NCBI GenBank assembly: GCA_963695225.1
Contig: OY968762.1
Span: forward strand, 2,560,001 to 2,624,000
Direction of reading: 5' to 3'
DNA from: Vulcanimicrobiota bacterium
GTDB lineage: Bacteria; Vulcanimicrobiota; Vulcanimicrobiia; Vulcanimicrobiales; Vulcanimicrobiaceae
Length of the DNA: 64,000 nt
Shown: positions 10,548-20,070 of the stretch, one piece after another
Layout: the number at the start of each line of letters is the position of its first letter
Numbering within the stretch: the stretch's first letter is position 1
Made by a program: the position numbers and the translations under genes
The notes under the pieces: model-generated
What the model was told of the DNA's origin: nothing
Database searches by the model: none
Seen by the model: only the letters and a program-made list of their open reading frames with translations

Positions 10548-11804
10548 GTGAAACACCGATTCGAGATCTGGGCGTCGCCGGAGCCGACGTTCGCCCGGAT
10601 CGGCGCCGCGACGTGGCGCGATCAACTCGCCGAGACGGGGCACGAAGCACGCCCGGGAGATATCGATCTGCTCGCCGGGCTCGGCGTCGCCGCGAGCCGC
10701 TATCCCGTCCTTTGGGAAAAGCACGCCGTGCGCGATCCGGCGCCGTACGATTTCTCGTGGGCGAGGGAGCGCCTCGATGCGCTGCGCGCGCGCGGCGTCG
10801 AACCCGTCGTCACGCTCCTCCATCATGGGAGCGGCCCGGCCCACACGAGCCTCGTCGATCCCGATTTCCCGATGCATTTCGCGCGCTACGCCGGAGCCGT
10901 CGCGCGCGCGTTCCCGTGGATTCGGCGCTGGACGCCGATCAACGAGCCGCTGACGACGGCGCGTTTTTCAACGCTGTACGGGCATTGGTACCCTAATGGA
11001 CGCGACGATCACGCCGCTTTCGGCCGCGCCGTCACGAACGAGGCGCTCGCGATGCTCCTTGGGATGGAGGCGATTCGCGCGCACGTCCCCGCTGCGCAGT
11101 TCGTCGTCACCGAAGATCTCCAGAGCTTCACATCGCTCGATCGCGCGACCGATGCGTTCGTCGCGCACAAGCGCGAGCGCTCGTTCCTCTCGATCGAGCT
11201 CGTGATGGGGCGCGTCCTCCCCGGGCACCCGCTCCATGCGTACTTGACCGATCGCTGCGGCATCGAGCCGAGCCGGCTGCGCGCGATCGCCGAGCGCGCT
11301 TGCGCGCCGGATCTCATCGGCTGGAACTATTATCCGAATTCGGAGCGGACGCTCGATATCGACGAACGCGGCATCGTCCGCAATCGGCCGAGCCGCGAGG
11401 TCCTCGAAACCCCGATCTCTCCGCGCCCGCTGCTCGAAGCGGCGCACGAACGGCTCGGCCTCCCGTTCGGTCTCGGCGAAGTGCACGTCAACGCGAGCGT
11501 CGAGGGACGCATCCGCTGGCTCGCGCAGCGCTACGGCGATCTGGCCGCACTCGAGCGCGCGGGGCTCCCCGTGCGCATGCTCGGAAGTTGGGCGGTTTTC
11601 GGAATGGTCGATTGGGATTCGCTCTTGACGCGGCGCGAAGACTATCGCGAGGACGGAGCATTCACGTTCGCGCCCGCCTCCCAGGCGCCGCGCCCGACGG
11701 CGCTCGCCGAAGCCGTGCGCGCGCTCGCGCGCGGCGAGGCGCTCGCACCCGAAGGCGAAGCGCAATGGTGGGAAACGGGCGCGCAGCCGGCGGCGCTCGT
11801 ATGA
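10548..11804 (+). CDS. Glycoside hydrolase family 1-like protein
   Basis: RYPVLWE, TLLHHGSGP, WTPINEP(LTTARFS). Confidence 0.8.
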   Translation: MKHRFEIWASPEPTFARIGAATWRDQLAETGHEARPGDIDLLAGLGVAASRYPVLWEKHAVRDPAPYDFSWARERLDALRARGVEPVVTLLHHGSGPAHTSLVDPDFPMHFARYAGAVARAFPWIRRWTPINEPLTTARFSTLYGHWYPNGRDDHAAFGRAVTNEALAMLLGMEAIRAHVPAAQFVVTEDLQSFTSLDRATDAFVAHKRERSFLSIELVMGRVLPGHPLHAYLTDRCGIEPSRLRAIAERACAPDLIGWNYYPNSERTLDIDERGIVRNRPSREVLETPISPRPLLEAAHERLGLPFGLGEVHVNASVEGRIRWLAQRYGDLAALERAGLPVRMLGSWAVFGMVDWDSLLTRREDYREDGAFTFAPASQAPRPTALAEAVRALARGEALAPEGEAQWWETGAQPAALV

Positions 11805-12895
11805 GAGCCTACGACGCGATCGTCGTCGCCTCGCATCTGCGGTACGACGGCGTGTGGCAGCGCCCGCAGCAAATACTCACGCGCTTCGCGCGCGAAGTGC
11901 CGGTGCTCTTCGTCGAAGAGCAGTTCCCCTCGCACGAAGATCGCAACGAGTTCGCGCAACACGGGAACCTCACGGTCTTGCGCCCGTTGCGCCGCCGGGC
12001 GGATTACACGCACCTGGACGACGCGACGATCGAGGCCGCGCGTCAGTGGCTCGGCGCGCGCCGGCCGCTCGTGTGGCTGTACACGCCGATGCTCCTGCGC
12101 CTGACCGACGCGTTCGAGGGCGCCCCGCTCGTCTACGATTGCATGGACGAACTCGCGGCGTTCCGGTTCGCCCCGCCGCAGATGCGCGAACGCGAGGCGG
12201 AATTGCTCGCCCGCGCCGACCTCGTCTTCACCGGCGGGCGCTCGCTCTTCGAACGGCGCCGCGCGCTCGGCGAGAAGGTGAAGCTCTATCCGAGCGGCGT
12301 CGAGTTCGAGCACTTCGCGCGCGCGCGGGCGCTCGAGCCGCATCCGCTCTACCGCCGGCTCGTCCGCCCGGTCTACGGGTACTTCGGCGTCATCGACGAG
12401 CGCATCGATTACGAGATCCTCACCGCGCTCGCGGAGAGCGGCGCGAGCATCGTGATGGTGGGGCCGTTCGCGAAGATCGATCCGGCGACGCTTCCGCGCA
12501 AGACGAGCCTGCACTTCACGGGGCAAATCTCGTACTCCGAACTGCCCCGGCACTTGGCCGGCTTCGACGTCGCGATCATGCCGTTCGCCCGCAACGAAGC
12601 GACGGCGTTCATCTCGCCGACGAAGACGCCCGAATACCTCGCGGGCGGGAAACCCGTGGTGAGCACGTCGATCGCGGACGTCGTCGCCGGCTACGGCGAG
12701 GTGGTCCGGTTTGCCGACGACGCGGCCTCGTTCGCTGGAGCGTGTGCGGCCGCGTGCCGGCCCGATCCGCAGCGAATCGGCCGCGGAATCGCGCTCGCAC
12801 GAGCCGCCGGGTGGGACGCGATCGTCGCTTCGATGGCGGAAGACATCTTTGGGACGTTTTTCGGACGGTTACCGGCTACGATGGCTTTGCCGTAG
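11801..12895 (+). CDS. Glycosyltransferase (GT-B fold)
   Basis: SHLRYDGVWQRPQQ, YDCMDEL, ISPTKTPEYLAGGKPVVST; ATGA overlap. Confidence 0.88.
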   Translation: MRAYDAIVVASHLRYDGVWQRPQQILTRFAREVPVLFVEEQFPSHEDRNEFAQHGNLTVLRPLRRRADYTHLDDATIEAARQWLGARRPLVWLYTPMLLRLTDAFEGAPLVYDCMDELAAFRFAPPQMREREAELLARADLVFTGGRSLFERRRALGEKVKLYPSGVEFEHFARARALEPHPLYRRLVRPVYGYFGVIDERIDYEILTALAESGASIVMVGPFAKIDPATLPRKTSLHFTGQISYSELPRHLAGFDVAIMPFARNEATAFISPTKTPEYLAGGKPVVSTSIADVVAGYGEVVRFADDAASFAGACAAACRPDPQRIGRGIALARAAGWDAIVASMAEDIFGTFFGRLPATMALP

Positions 12896-12964
12896 GACGC
12901 ACGTGTTTGACGGACCGCACGGAGCGTTCTTCGGCCCCTTTTTTTCGCCGGTCCCGGCGAGCGC

Positions 12965-14044
12965 TCAGATGATCGAGATCGTCTCGGCGGAAGCAGGGCG
13001 CGAAGCGACGGCGGCGACCAACGCGCCGGCTAGCGTATCGCAGAGCGGCCCGTTGAATTCGTCGATCCGTCCGGTGTCGGCGAATTCCATTAAGACGGGG
13101 TCGATCGGTATCCGCGCGAGCAGCGGCGCTTCGGCGAGTTCGGCGACGCTCTCGGCATAGGAAGGCCCGAAGACGTCGTAGCGCTGCCCCGTGTCGGGAG
13201 CGACGAAGTACGACATGTTCTCGATCACGCCGAGGATCGGTTTTTTGAGTTGATGGACGAGGTTCGCCGCCTTGCGGACGATCATCGTCGCCAGCGCCTG
13301 CGGCATCGTCACGAGGACGACCCCGTCGACGGAGAGCGATTGGAGGACGGTCAGCGGAGCGTCCGACGTCCCCGGGGGCAGGTCGATCAATAGATAATCG
13401 AGATCGCTCCAGAGCACTTGTTCGTAGAACTGGCGGATCACGCCCGAGAGCACCGGGCCGCGCCAGATCATCGCCGTGTCTTCCTTATCCGTGAGCAGGT
13501 TCGAGCTGACGACTTCGATCGCCGAGCGCGTGACGGCCGGGAGCATCAGCGGGCGGATCTGCCCGGCGGCGTTCGGCGGCGCATTCGGGTCCGCTTCGAT
13601 CCCGAGGGGTTCGGTCAGTCCGAACAGGCGCGGGATCGAAGGGCCGGTGATGTCGGCATCGAGGATCCCGACGCGGTAGTGCATGCGGCGCAGCCCGACG
13701 GCGAGGAGCGCCGTCGTCAGCGACTTCCCGACCCCACCCTTCCCGGACATCACCGGGACGACGTGTTTGAAGCGCCCCCGGCCCGCAAAGGCGCCGGGAG
13801 CGCGCCGCTGGGGGCGCCGGTCCTCGTTCATGATGAGCGGGACGCGCCCCGAGAGCCGAGCCTGGATCAAGGCGGTCACGATCGGCTCGACCCGCAGGCC
13901 GTGGGCCGCGGCGCCCTGGGCGATCGTCTCGTAGGCGCCGACGCTGCAACTCGAGCAGCCCAGGCCGAATGCGGCGAGGACGTCCTTCGCGATCGGCAGC
14001 TCGGCGACGAGGTCGCGCAGGTTCGTTTCGGGGGTGATCGGCAT
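12965..14044 (-). CDS. mrp: Mrp/NBP35 (ApbC) Fe-S carrier ATPase with N-terminal DUF1858-like CxxC domain
   Basis: SGKGGVGKS, DADITGPSIP, WRGP, DLPPGTSD, ENMSY; N-term LGCSSC...ETIAQGAAAHG. Confidence 0.9.
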   Translation of the reverse strand: MPITPETNLRDLVAELPIAKDVLAAFGLGCSSCSVGAYETIAQGAAAHGLRVEPIVTALIQARLSGRVPLIMNEDRRPQRRAPGAFAGRGRFKHVVPVMSGKGGVGKSLTTALLAVGLRRMHYRVGILDADITGPSIPRLFGLTEPLGIEADPNAPPNAAGQIRPLMLPAVTRSAIEVVSSNLLTDKEDTAMIWRGPVLSGVIRQFYEQVLWSDLDYLLIDLPPGTSDAPLTVLQSLSVDGVVLVTMPQALATMIVRKAANLVHQLKKPILGVIENMSYFVAPDTGQRYDVFGPSYAESVAELAEAPLLARIPIDPVLMEFADTGRIDEFNGPLCDTLAGALVAAVASRPASAETISII

Positions 14045-14085
14045 GCGGGCTCCTATTCTCTCTCCGACGCAATTCACCCGACTCT

Positions 14086-14127
14086 GTGCCGGCTATCACG
14101 GTTGCGCCCGGCTCGGGCGAGTAGATT
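14086..14127 (+). promoter_or_regulatory. CRP-type site + class II promoter for bchYZ
   Basis: tGTGccggctatCAC, 22 nt, TAGATT. Confidence 0.7.
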
Positions 14128-14169
14128 GACGTGGACCGTCGAACTGCGGCGGGCGGAGGGTTCCCCACT

Positions 14170-15477
14170 TTGAGCAAGCAACCGTCGTCGATGTGCCCGG
14201 CTTTCGGGGCGATCCGGAACGTCCTGCGCATGGAAGACGCGATGCCGATCGTGATCTCCAGCGGCGACGGCTGCCTCTACGGGCACACGTTCGTGGCGCA
14301 CTTCTACGTGGCGAACCGGCCGATCTTCTCCCCCGGCGTCAGTTCGGAGATCTGGGCGCGTGGGACGATGTTCGACGAATTGCGCGCGATGGTGACCGAG
14401 ATGGCGGAGAAGCACTCCCCTGCGATCATCCCGATCCTCTCGCTCTGCGTCTCGGATACCGTCGGGCTGCCGTTCGACCTGTTGCCCAAGCAGATCGGGA
14501 ACACCGAGATCATCTATGTCCCCCTTCCGGCCTACAGCGTCCACACGCACGCGAAGGCGAAGGACATCGTCGTCGACGCGCTCACCTGGCGGCTGCCCCC
14601 TCAGCGCAAGGCGCGCGCGGGCGTCAACTTGATCGGCGAAGTCTTCCCGAGCGATCCGATCAAGATCGACGAAGTGCTGCGCAAGGTCGGAACGCACGTG
14701 AACACGCACGTCCCGGGGCCGCGCTGGGCGGATTACGTCGCGATGGTCGACGGCGCCCTGAACGCGCCGCTCCATCCGTTTTATAGCGAGAGCGTCGCGC
14801 GGATGAAGATGAAGCAGGGGCTGCCGTTCGTCGACGGCGCGCCCGTCGGGATCGACGGCACCTACAACTGGATCAAGGCGGTCGGCGAGGCGCTGGCGCT
14901 GGATCCCGCGACGGTCGAACGGGTCGCGAGCGAAGAGCGCGACGCCGTCAAAGCCGCGATGGCCGACTACCCGCTCAACGGGCTGACCATGCTCGTCGCG
15001 GGGTACGACGGGCACGAGTTCATGCTCGTCCGCCTGCTGATCGAGGCCGGTGCGAACGTCCCTTATCTGGCGACCGCGGTCAATACGAATCCGCTCGCGC
15101 GCGAGGAGGAGGCGTGGTTGCGCGAACACGGCTGTTCCGTGCTCTACAAGGCGAACTTCGACGCCGAGATCGCGGCCCTGACCGAACATCCCTACGATCT
15201 GGTCGTCGGGACGACGACGACGATCTGCGCCTACGCCAAGAAGCTCGGCATCCCGGCGATCTACGATACGAACGCGCTCGCGACCCGGTCGCTCATGCTC
15301 GCGCAAGGCGCCTCGGAAATCTTGCAGCTCGTGATGCAGACCTTCCGCCGCAAGGATCGCTACGAGAAGATCGCCCGGTTCTTCAGCGACGACGGCGAAC
15401 TCAACAATCCGGCATCCAGACCGGCCTCCAAGATCGATTTGACCGAGATCGCCCTCGCCCAGGGAGCGCAGGAATAA
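14170..15477 (+). CDS. bchY: Chlorophyllide a reductase subunit Y
   Basis: QPSSMCPAFG, GCLYG.TFVAHFY, LCV, GAPVGIDGT, RLLIEAGA.VPY; TTG start after GGAGGG. Confidence 0.9.
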   Translation: MSKQPSSMCPAFGAIRNVLRMEDAMPIVISSGDGCLYGHTFVAHFYVANRPIFSPGVSSEIWARGTMFDELRAMVTEMAEKHSPAIIPILSLCVSDTVGLPFDLLPKQIGNTEIIYVPLPAYSVHTHAKAKDIVVDALTWRLPPQRKARAGVNLIGEVFPSDPIKIDEVLRKVGTHVNTHVPGPRWADYVAMVDGALNAPLHPFYSESVARMKMKQGLPFVDGAPVGIDGTYNWIKAVGEALALDPATVERVASEERDAVKAAMADYPLNGLTMLVAGYDGHEFMLVRLLIEAGANVPYLATAVNTNPLAREEEAWLREHGCSVLYKANFDAEIAALTEHPYDLVVGTTTTICAYAKKLGIPAIYDTNALATRSLMLAQGASEILQLVMQTFRRKDRYEKIARFFSDDGELNNPASRPASKIDLTEIALAQGAQE

Positions 15478-15478
15478 C

Positions 15479-17068
15479 GTGGCCCGTCCAGTCCGCGCCA
15501 ATTTTCAGACGAAAGAACTGCAATCCGACGTCGTCAACTCGCCGATCGGGAATCGGGTTACGGATCTCGATCATGCCGGCGGCGACACGGGGGCGATGCA
15601 GGTCTTCGCCGCGTTGCGCGACGGGCACGTCGTCCTCGACGGGCCGGTCGGCTGCCACGTGATGCCGGCGGTCGCGGTCATCAACTATACGGATTGCATC
15701 CCGTATTTGCAGAACGTCACCTGTTCGGAACTGAGCGAGCAGGAAGTCGCGATCTCCGGGACGCTCGATGCCGTCAAGGAGAAGGTCGAACTCGCCGCGG
15801 CTTCCGGCCGCCAGGTCTTCATCGTCAGCACGCCCGTCTCGGAACTGATCGGTGCGAGTTGGACGACGACGGACCAGGACGTCAAGGGATCGGCCCTCTT
15901 CTTCGACGCGCACGCGCTCGACGACGACGATTGGAAAGCCCGCGACCGGGCGCTGCTCTTCCTCTGGGAACATCGCGACCACTTCGTTCCCCCGGACGGC
16001 GTGCCGCCCCGCGTCAAGAGCTCGCGGCCCTCGGTCAACGTGATCGGCCCGACGTACGGCAACTTCAATTCGTACAGCGATCTCGCCGAGATCAAGCGCT
16101 TGATCGAGGGCATTGGGGCGAGCCTCAACCTCGTCTTCCCGTTCGAAGCCTCGAGCTACGACACGCCGCACCTCGCGGACGCCGACGCCACGATCCTGAT
16201 GTATCAGGAATACGGCAAGTCGCTGGCGCGCGAAGTCGGCCTGCCGACGTTCCACGCCCCGTTCGGGCTCGAGAACACGACGGCGTTCCTGCGCGAGCTG
16301 GGTGCGACGCTCGGACTTGAGGCCGAGGCCGAAGCCTTCATCAAGAAAGAGAAGAAGACGACGCTCGCCGCCTGGCAAGATATCTGGCGCTCCACGCACA
16401 GCGACTTCTTCGCCGACATGCCGATCGCGATCGTCGCCCCGCCGACGTACAAGGACGGGCTCGAAGCCTACCTCCACGGCGAACTCGGTTTGCCGATAAG
16501 CTTCAGCGCCTACCGCTCCGGCCCCCAGAAGACGCCGAGCCCCGACGTGCGCGCGGCGCTCTGCGAGGCGAGCCCGAGTCCGATGATCGTCTTCGGCTCG
16601 ATCAACGAGCGAATGATCCTCAAGCAGGAGAAGCTCCCCTCGCTCTACGTGCAAGTCTCCTTCCCGGGCGCCGTAGTGCGGCGCTCGACCGGGACGCCCT
16701 ACATGGGTTACGCCGGCGCGGTCTGGTTGCTGCAGGTCGTCTGCGAGGCGCTCTTCGATACGCTCTTCGCGAACCTCCCGACCTCCGCGGTTCCGCCGCA
16801 ACGAGCCGACGCGACGACCAAATCGATGCTCGCGACCGCCGCGGAAATCGTCAGCGAGAGCGGGAAGGGCCGCAACAGCATCATCGCCTGGACCGACGAA
16901 GCGAAGGCGCTCGCCGAAGCCACGCTCAAACGCGTCCCGTTCTTCGTCCGCGTCTCCGTGAACAAGAAGCTCCGCGCCGAGGCCGAGTCGCTCGCGCGCG
17001 AGCGCGGCACGGACGTCGACGGCCCTCTCGTGCGCGAGATCGTCGCGCGCTTCTCGGCCGGCAGATAA
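15479..17068 (+). CDS. bchZ: Chlorophyllide a reductase subunit Z
   Basis: DGPVGC, VINYTD, NVIGPTYG.FN..SDLAEIKRLIEGIG, SFPGAVVRR.TGTPYMGYAGA, C-terminal PCP_red-like domain. Confidence 0.92.
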   Translation: MARPVRANFQTKELQSDVVNSPIGNRVTDLDHAGGDTGAMQVFAALRDGHVVLDGPVGCHVMPAVAVINYTDCIPYLQNVTCSELSEQEVAISGTLDAVKEKVELAAASGRQVFIVSTPVSELIGASWTTTDQDVKGSALFFDAHALDDDDWKARDRALLFLWEHRDHFVPPDGVPPRVKSSRPSVNVIGPTYGNFNSYSDLAEIKRLIEGIGASLNLVFPFEASSYDTPHLADADATILMYQEYGKSLAREVGLPTFHAPFGLENTTAFLRELGATLGLEAEAEAFIKKEKKTTLAAWQDIWRSTHSDFFADMPIAIVAPPTYKDGLEAYLHGELGLPISFSAYRSGPQKTPSPDVRAALCEASPSPMIVFGSINERMILKQEKLPSLYVQVSFPGAVVRRSTGTPYMGYAGAVWLLQVVCEALFDTLFANLPTSAVPPQRADATTKSMLATAAEIVSESGKGRNSIIAWTDEAKALAEATLKRVPFFVRVSVNKKLRAEAESLARERGTDVDGPLVREIVARFSAGR

Positions 17069-17071
17069 GGG

Positions 17072-17455
17072 ATGACGGAGCAGAATCCCGCCGCGGCGGA
17101 CGACGCGCGCAAGAGCGCCAAGCGCGCCCGCGTCGCCGCGATGGACGGCATGGACGAGATGTTCCCCGACGTCCACAAGAGCCTCGAGGACGTGCGCGCC
17201 GAATGGGCGGGAGCCGCGCGGAAGATGTGGATTTGGATTGCGGCCGTCGTCGCGACGGCGCTCGCGGGAATCGCGGTTCAGGCCCTCTGGATGTTGAGCC
17301 TCGTCGCGCTCGGCGGCGCCGCGTTCGCCTGGGACGTACAGAACGAGCGCAGGTCGACGTACAAGCGCATGGTGCTCGAGAGCGAGATCGAGAAGTCGAT
17401 CCTCGCGCACGAAGCGAAAGCTGCCGCCGAACCGGACGCCGCTACTCGGCCCTGA
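17072..17455 (+). CDS. Hypothetical membrane protein in bchYZ operon
   Basis: Starts 3 nt after bchZ stop; hydrophobic hairpin. Confidence 0.6.
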   Translation: MTEQNPAAADDARKSAKRARVAAMDGMDEMFPDVHKSLEDVRAEWAGAARKMWIWIAAVVATALAGIAVQALWMLSLVALGGAAFAWDVQNERRSTYKRMVLESEIEKSILAHEAKAAAEPDAATRP

Positions 17456-18347
17456 GCGTCTCCTCTGCGGCCCGCTCGCGATCGAAGCCGCGCGCGAACG
17501 CGGCGACGCGCTCGTTGATCTCCAGCGGCCGGTCGAGCTGGAGATAGTGCCCGCCGGGAACGATGTCGTACCTGCAGCCCTCCCCCAGCCGCGCGCGGAG
17601 CCGCGCGGCGAGCCCGCCGAAGCGCGGTTGCTTTCGCCAGCGCGTCGAGGCCGCTTCGACGAGGTACGTCGGGACGGTGACGACGTCCGCGAACGGATGG
17701 AACGGAAAGTTCGAGACGCCTTCGAACGCCTCGAACAGCATCTGCGGATACTCCACCGGGACCTGCGTGCATTGCAGAGCCCAGGCTCGCTCCATCGCGA
17801 CCCGATCCTCGAAGGCCTGATCGAAGATCCAGCGCGAAATCGCGCGTGAGATTTTCCCGTCGCGCATGTACGAGCCGGCGATCGGCGTGACGATCAGGCG
17901 CACGAGCGCGATGACGGGCTTCGGAAGCATCACGTGGCGGTCGCCGTTCCCGTCGGAGTAGACGGGGTCGATCAAGAACAGCCCGCGCACCGCTTCGGGG
18001 CGCTCGCAAGCGAGCGCGAGCGCGATCAAGCCGCCCATCGAGTGCCCGACGATCAGCGCGCGTTCGCCCGTCGTTTCGTAAACGTAGGCCAGCGCTTCGA
18101 CGGCGTCGCGGTAGTAGTCTCCGAGGCCGGCATCCGCAACGCGGGGGGCCGCGCCGTGCCCGCGCCCTTCCCACGTGAAGCAGGCGAACTCGCCGCCCAA
18201 CGCTTCGACTTGCGGGCCGAACGACCAGGCCGCCCCGCCGACGCCGTGGACGAACAGCAGCGGCGGATGCGGGGCGCGGCGCTCGGGCATCTGTATGTGG
18301 AGAGCGCCGCCGGAAGGGAGGCGACGGACGGCTTCGGCTGGGCGCAC
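17442..18347 (-). CDS. Alpha/beta fold hydrolase
   Basis: FVHGVGG, RGHG, GHSMGG, GHYLQLD; start uncertain. Confidence 0.85.
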   Translation of the reverse strand: MRPAEAVRRLPSGGALHIQMPERRAPHPPLLFVHGVGGAAWSFGPQVEALGGEFACFTWEGRGHGAAPRVADAGLGDYYRDAVEALAYVYETTGERALIVGHSMGGLIALALACERPEAVRGLFLIDPVYSDGNGDRHVMLPKPVIALVRLIVTPIAGSYMRDGKISRAISRWIFDQAFEDRVAMERAWALQCTQVPVEYPQMLFEAFEGVSNFPFHPFADVVTVPTYLVEAASTRWRKQPRFGGLAARLRARLGEGCRYDIVPGGHYLQLDRPLEINERVAAFARGFDRERAAEETLRAE

Positions 18348-18456
18348 GGGAGGTGGGTTCGGTGCGGGCGGGACGCATAACTGCCGCCCGTGAGGGCGCT
18401 CCGGCGGAGCCGGTGGGAGCAGGAACGACGTTGCGGGCACGGGGATTAGTGAGGCG

Positions 18457-19374
18457 ATGAGCTACGGAGCGGCGCGGTCGGATGCCGATCGCAACGGAAA
18501 TCAAGGCAAAGGAGCGTACACGGGCGTCGTCGCTGCGTCGATCGCGATTTTTCTGCTCGGCGCGGCGGCTTCGATCGAACTTGCGATCTTCAGGCACGGC
18601 GCGGGCGCGCGGTACGGCTGGCTCGCGACGCTGTTCCTTCTCGGGGGCGCCACGATCGTCGGCTTCGTCGCGATCAACCTGTTCAAACAGACCGGCGAGA
18701 TCGACGCGAAGCTGTGGACGAAGGTGCTGATCGGCGGCCTCATTTATTTCGGCATCGCCTCGCTCGTCGCCGAGCAGCTGTATTCGCAGGGCGTCTTCGC
18801 CTTGGGGGCACCGCGGACGGTGACCGCCCAGCGCCAGATCGATCGTGCGAAGGCGAGCCTCGCGGAGGTCGCGGCGAATCGCGGGCCCTCGGGGTATACC
18901 GAAGACCAGCGGTGGGCGATAGCCGTCGATCAATCGCTCGTCAAGGCCGGCGAGACGGACCTCGCCTATGCGAAGGCCGTCCCCGATAGCGACCAGGTCT
19001 ACCCGCAGTACCTGACCGGCGACGAACCCGGCGGATACCAGGAGCATTTGCGCGGTCTCATCCAGCGGGCCAAGGATATCCGGGCGAAGCAGGGCTACCC
19101 GGTCTCGGAACCGCTCCCCGGCTATCTTCCCGCTCCATCGTTCCTCGAGAGCCGCATCGCGCGGGCGCAATCGCTGGCAGCAGGGGCCGAGGCTCAGGTC
19201 CCGCTGTGCAAGCTCGGAAGAGCTGCCGGGTACCCCAACGTGCGGACGGCCGCCGACGCCAAGGAATGCGAGCAAGATTGGCACGCTCAAAGCCTGAAGC
19301 ATCTGGACAGCGTTGCGCGCGATCAAAAGGAGCTCGACTTCGAACGGGAAGCGATCGCCAAGATCGCGCCGTGA
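18457..19374 (+). CDS. Hypothetical membrane protein (3 N-terminal TM helices)
   Basis: ATG after GAGG; three hydrophobic segments followed by a soluble domain. Confidence 0.6.
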   Translation: MSYGAARSDADRNGNQGKGAYTGVVAASIAIFLLGAAASIELAIFRHGAGARYGWLATLFLLGGATIVGFVAINLFKQTGEIDAKLWTKVLIGGLIYFGIASLVAEQLYSQGVFALGAPRTVTAQRQIDRAKASLAEVAANRGPSGYTEDQRWAIAVDQSLVKAGETDLAYAKAVPDSDQVYPQYLTGDEPGGYQEHLRGLIQRAKDIRAKQGYPVSEPLPGYLPAPSFLESRIARAQSLAAGAEAQVPLCKLGRAAGYPNVRTAADAKECEQDWHAQSLKHLDSVARDQKELDFEREAIAKIAP

Positions 19375-19453
19375 AGTCGCGGAACGATCCGCGACGCGTC
19401 CGTTCAAGGGCTTCGTTGTATTCGGTGTGCGGCGTTTTATTGAGAGGGAGATT

Positions 19454-20062
19454 GTGATCCGCAGGTTCCTGCTCGTCTTATTGATACTCGCGATCTTCGG
19501 CTCAGCCGCTCCGGCTTGGGCGAACGGCGCCGGCGACGTGAAATCCGGAATCGGAGCGCGGGCCGACGGCCGGCTCGACGATGCGATCAAGTTTTTCTCG
19601 CGAGCCATCGGGTCGGGCGAGTTGAAGAACGACGATCTCGCGTTCGCCTACGACATGCGCGGCAACGTGTACGACGACAAGGGCGATTTCGTCAACGCGA
19701 TCGCGGATTACGATCGCGCGATCCACACGAAGCCGGATTTCGCGCAGGCCTACAACGATCGCGGCATCGCGCGCAACGATCAGGGAGAGTACGACCGGGC
19801 CATCCTCGACTACAACCGGGCGATCCAGCTCAAGCCGGATTTCGCGCAGGCGTACAACAATCGCGGCATCGCGTACCACCGCAAGGCGAACGAACCACAG
19901 GCGATCGCCGACTACACGAAGGCGATCCAGCTCAACCCCAAGTATGCTCACGCGTACTACAATCGCGCGATCGCGCTGCATCTGCACGGCCAGGAGAGCC
20001 TCGCCACCAAAGACTTCTACGAGGCGATTCGGCTCGATCCGAAACTCGAGAAGCCGCACTGA
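19454..20062 (+). CDS. Secreted tetratricopeptide repeat protein
   Basis: Repeated AY.NRG.A......AI.DY.RAI...P units; signal peptide. Confidence 0.9.
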   Translation: MIRRFLLVLLILAIFGSAAPAWANGAGDVKSGIGARADGRLDDAIKFFSRAIGSGELKNDDLAFAYDMRGNVYDDKGDFVNAIADYDRAIHTKPDFAQAYNDRGIARNDQGEYDRAILDYNRAIQLKPDFAQAYNNRGIAYHRKANEPQAIADYTKAIQLNPKYAHAYYNRAIALHLHGQESLATKDFYEAIRLDPKLEKPH

Positions 20063-20070
20063 ATCGTTCG

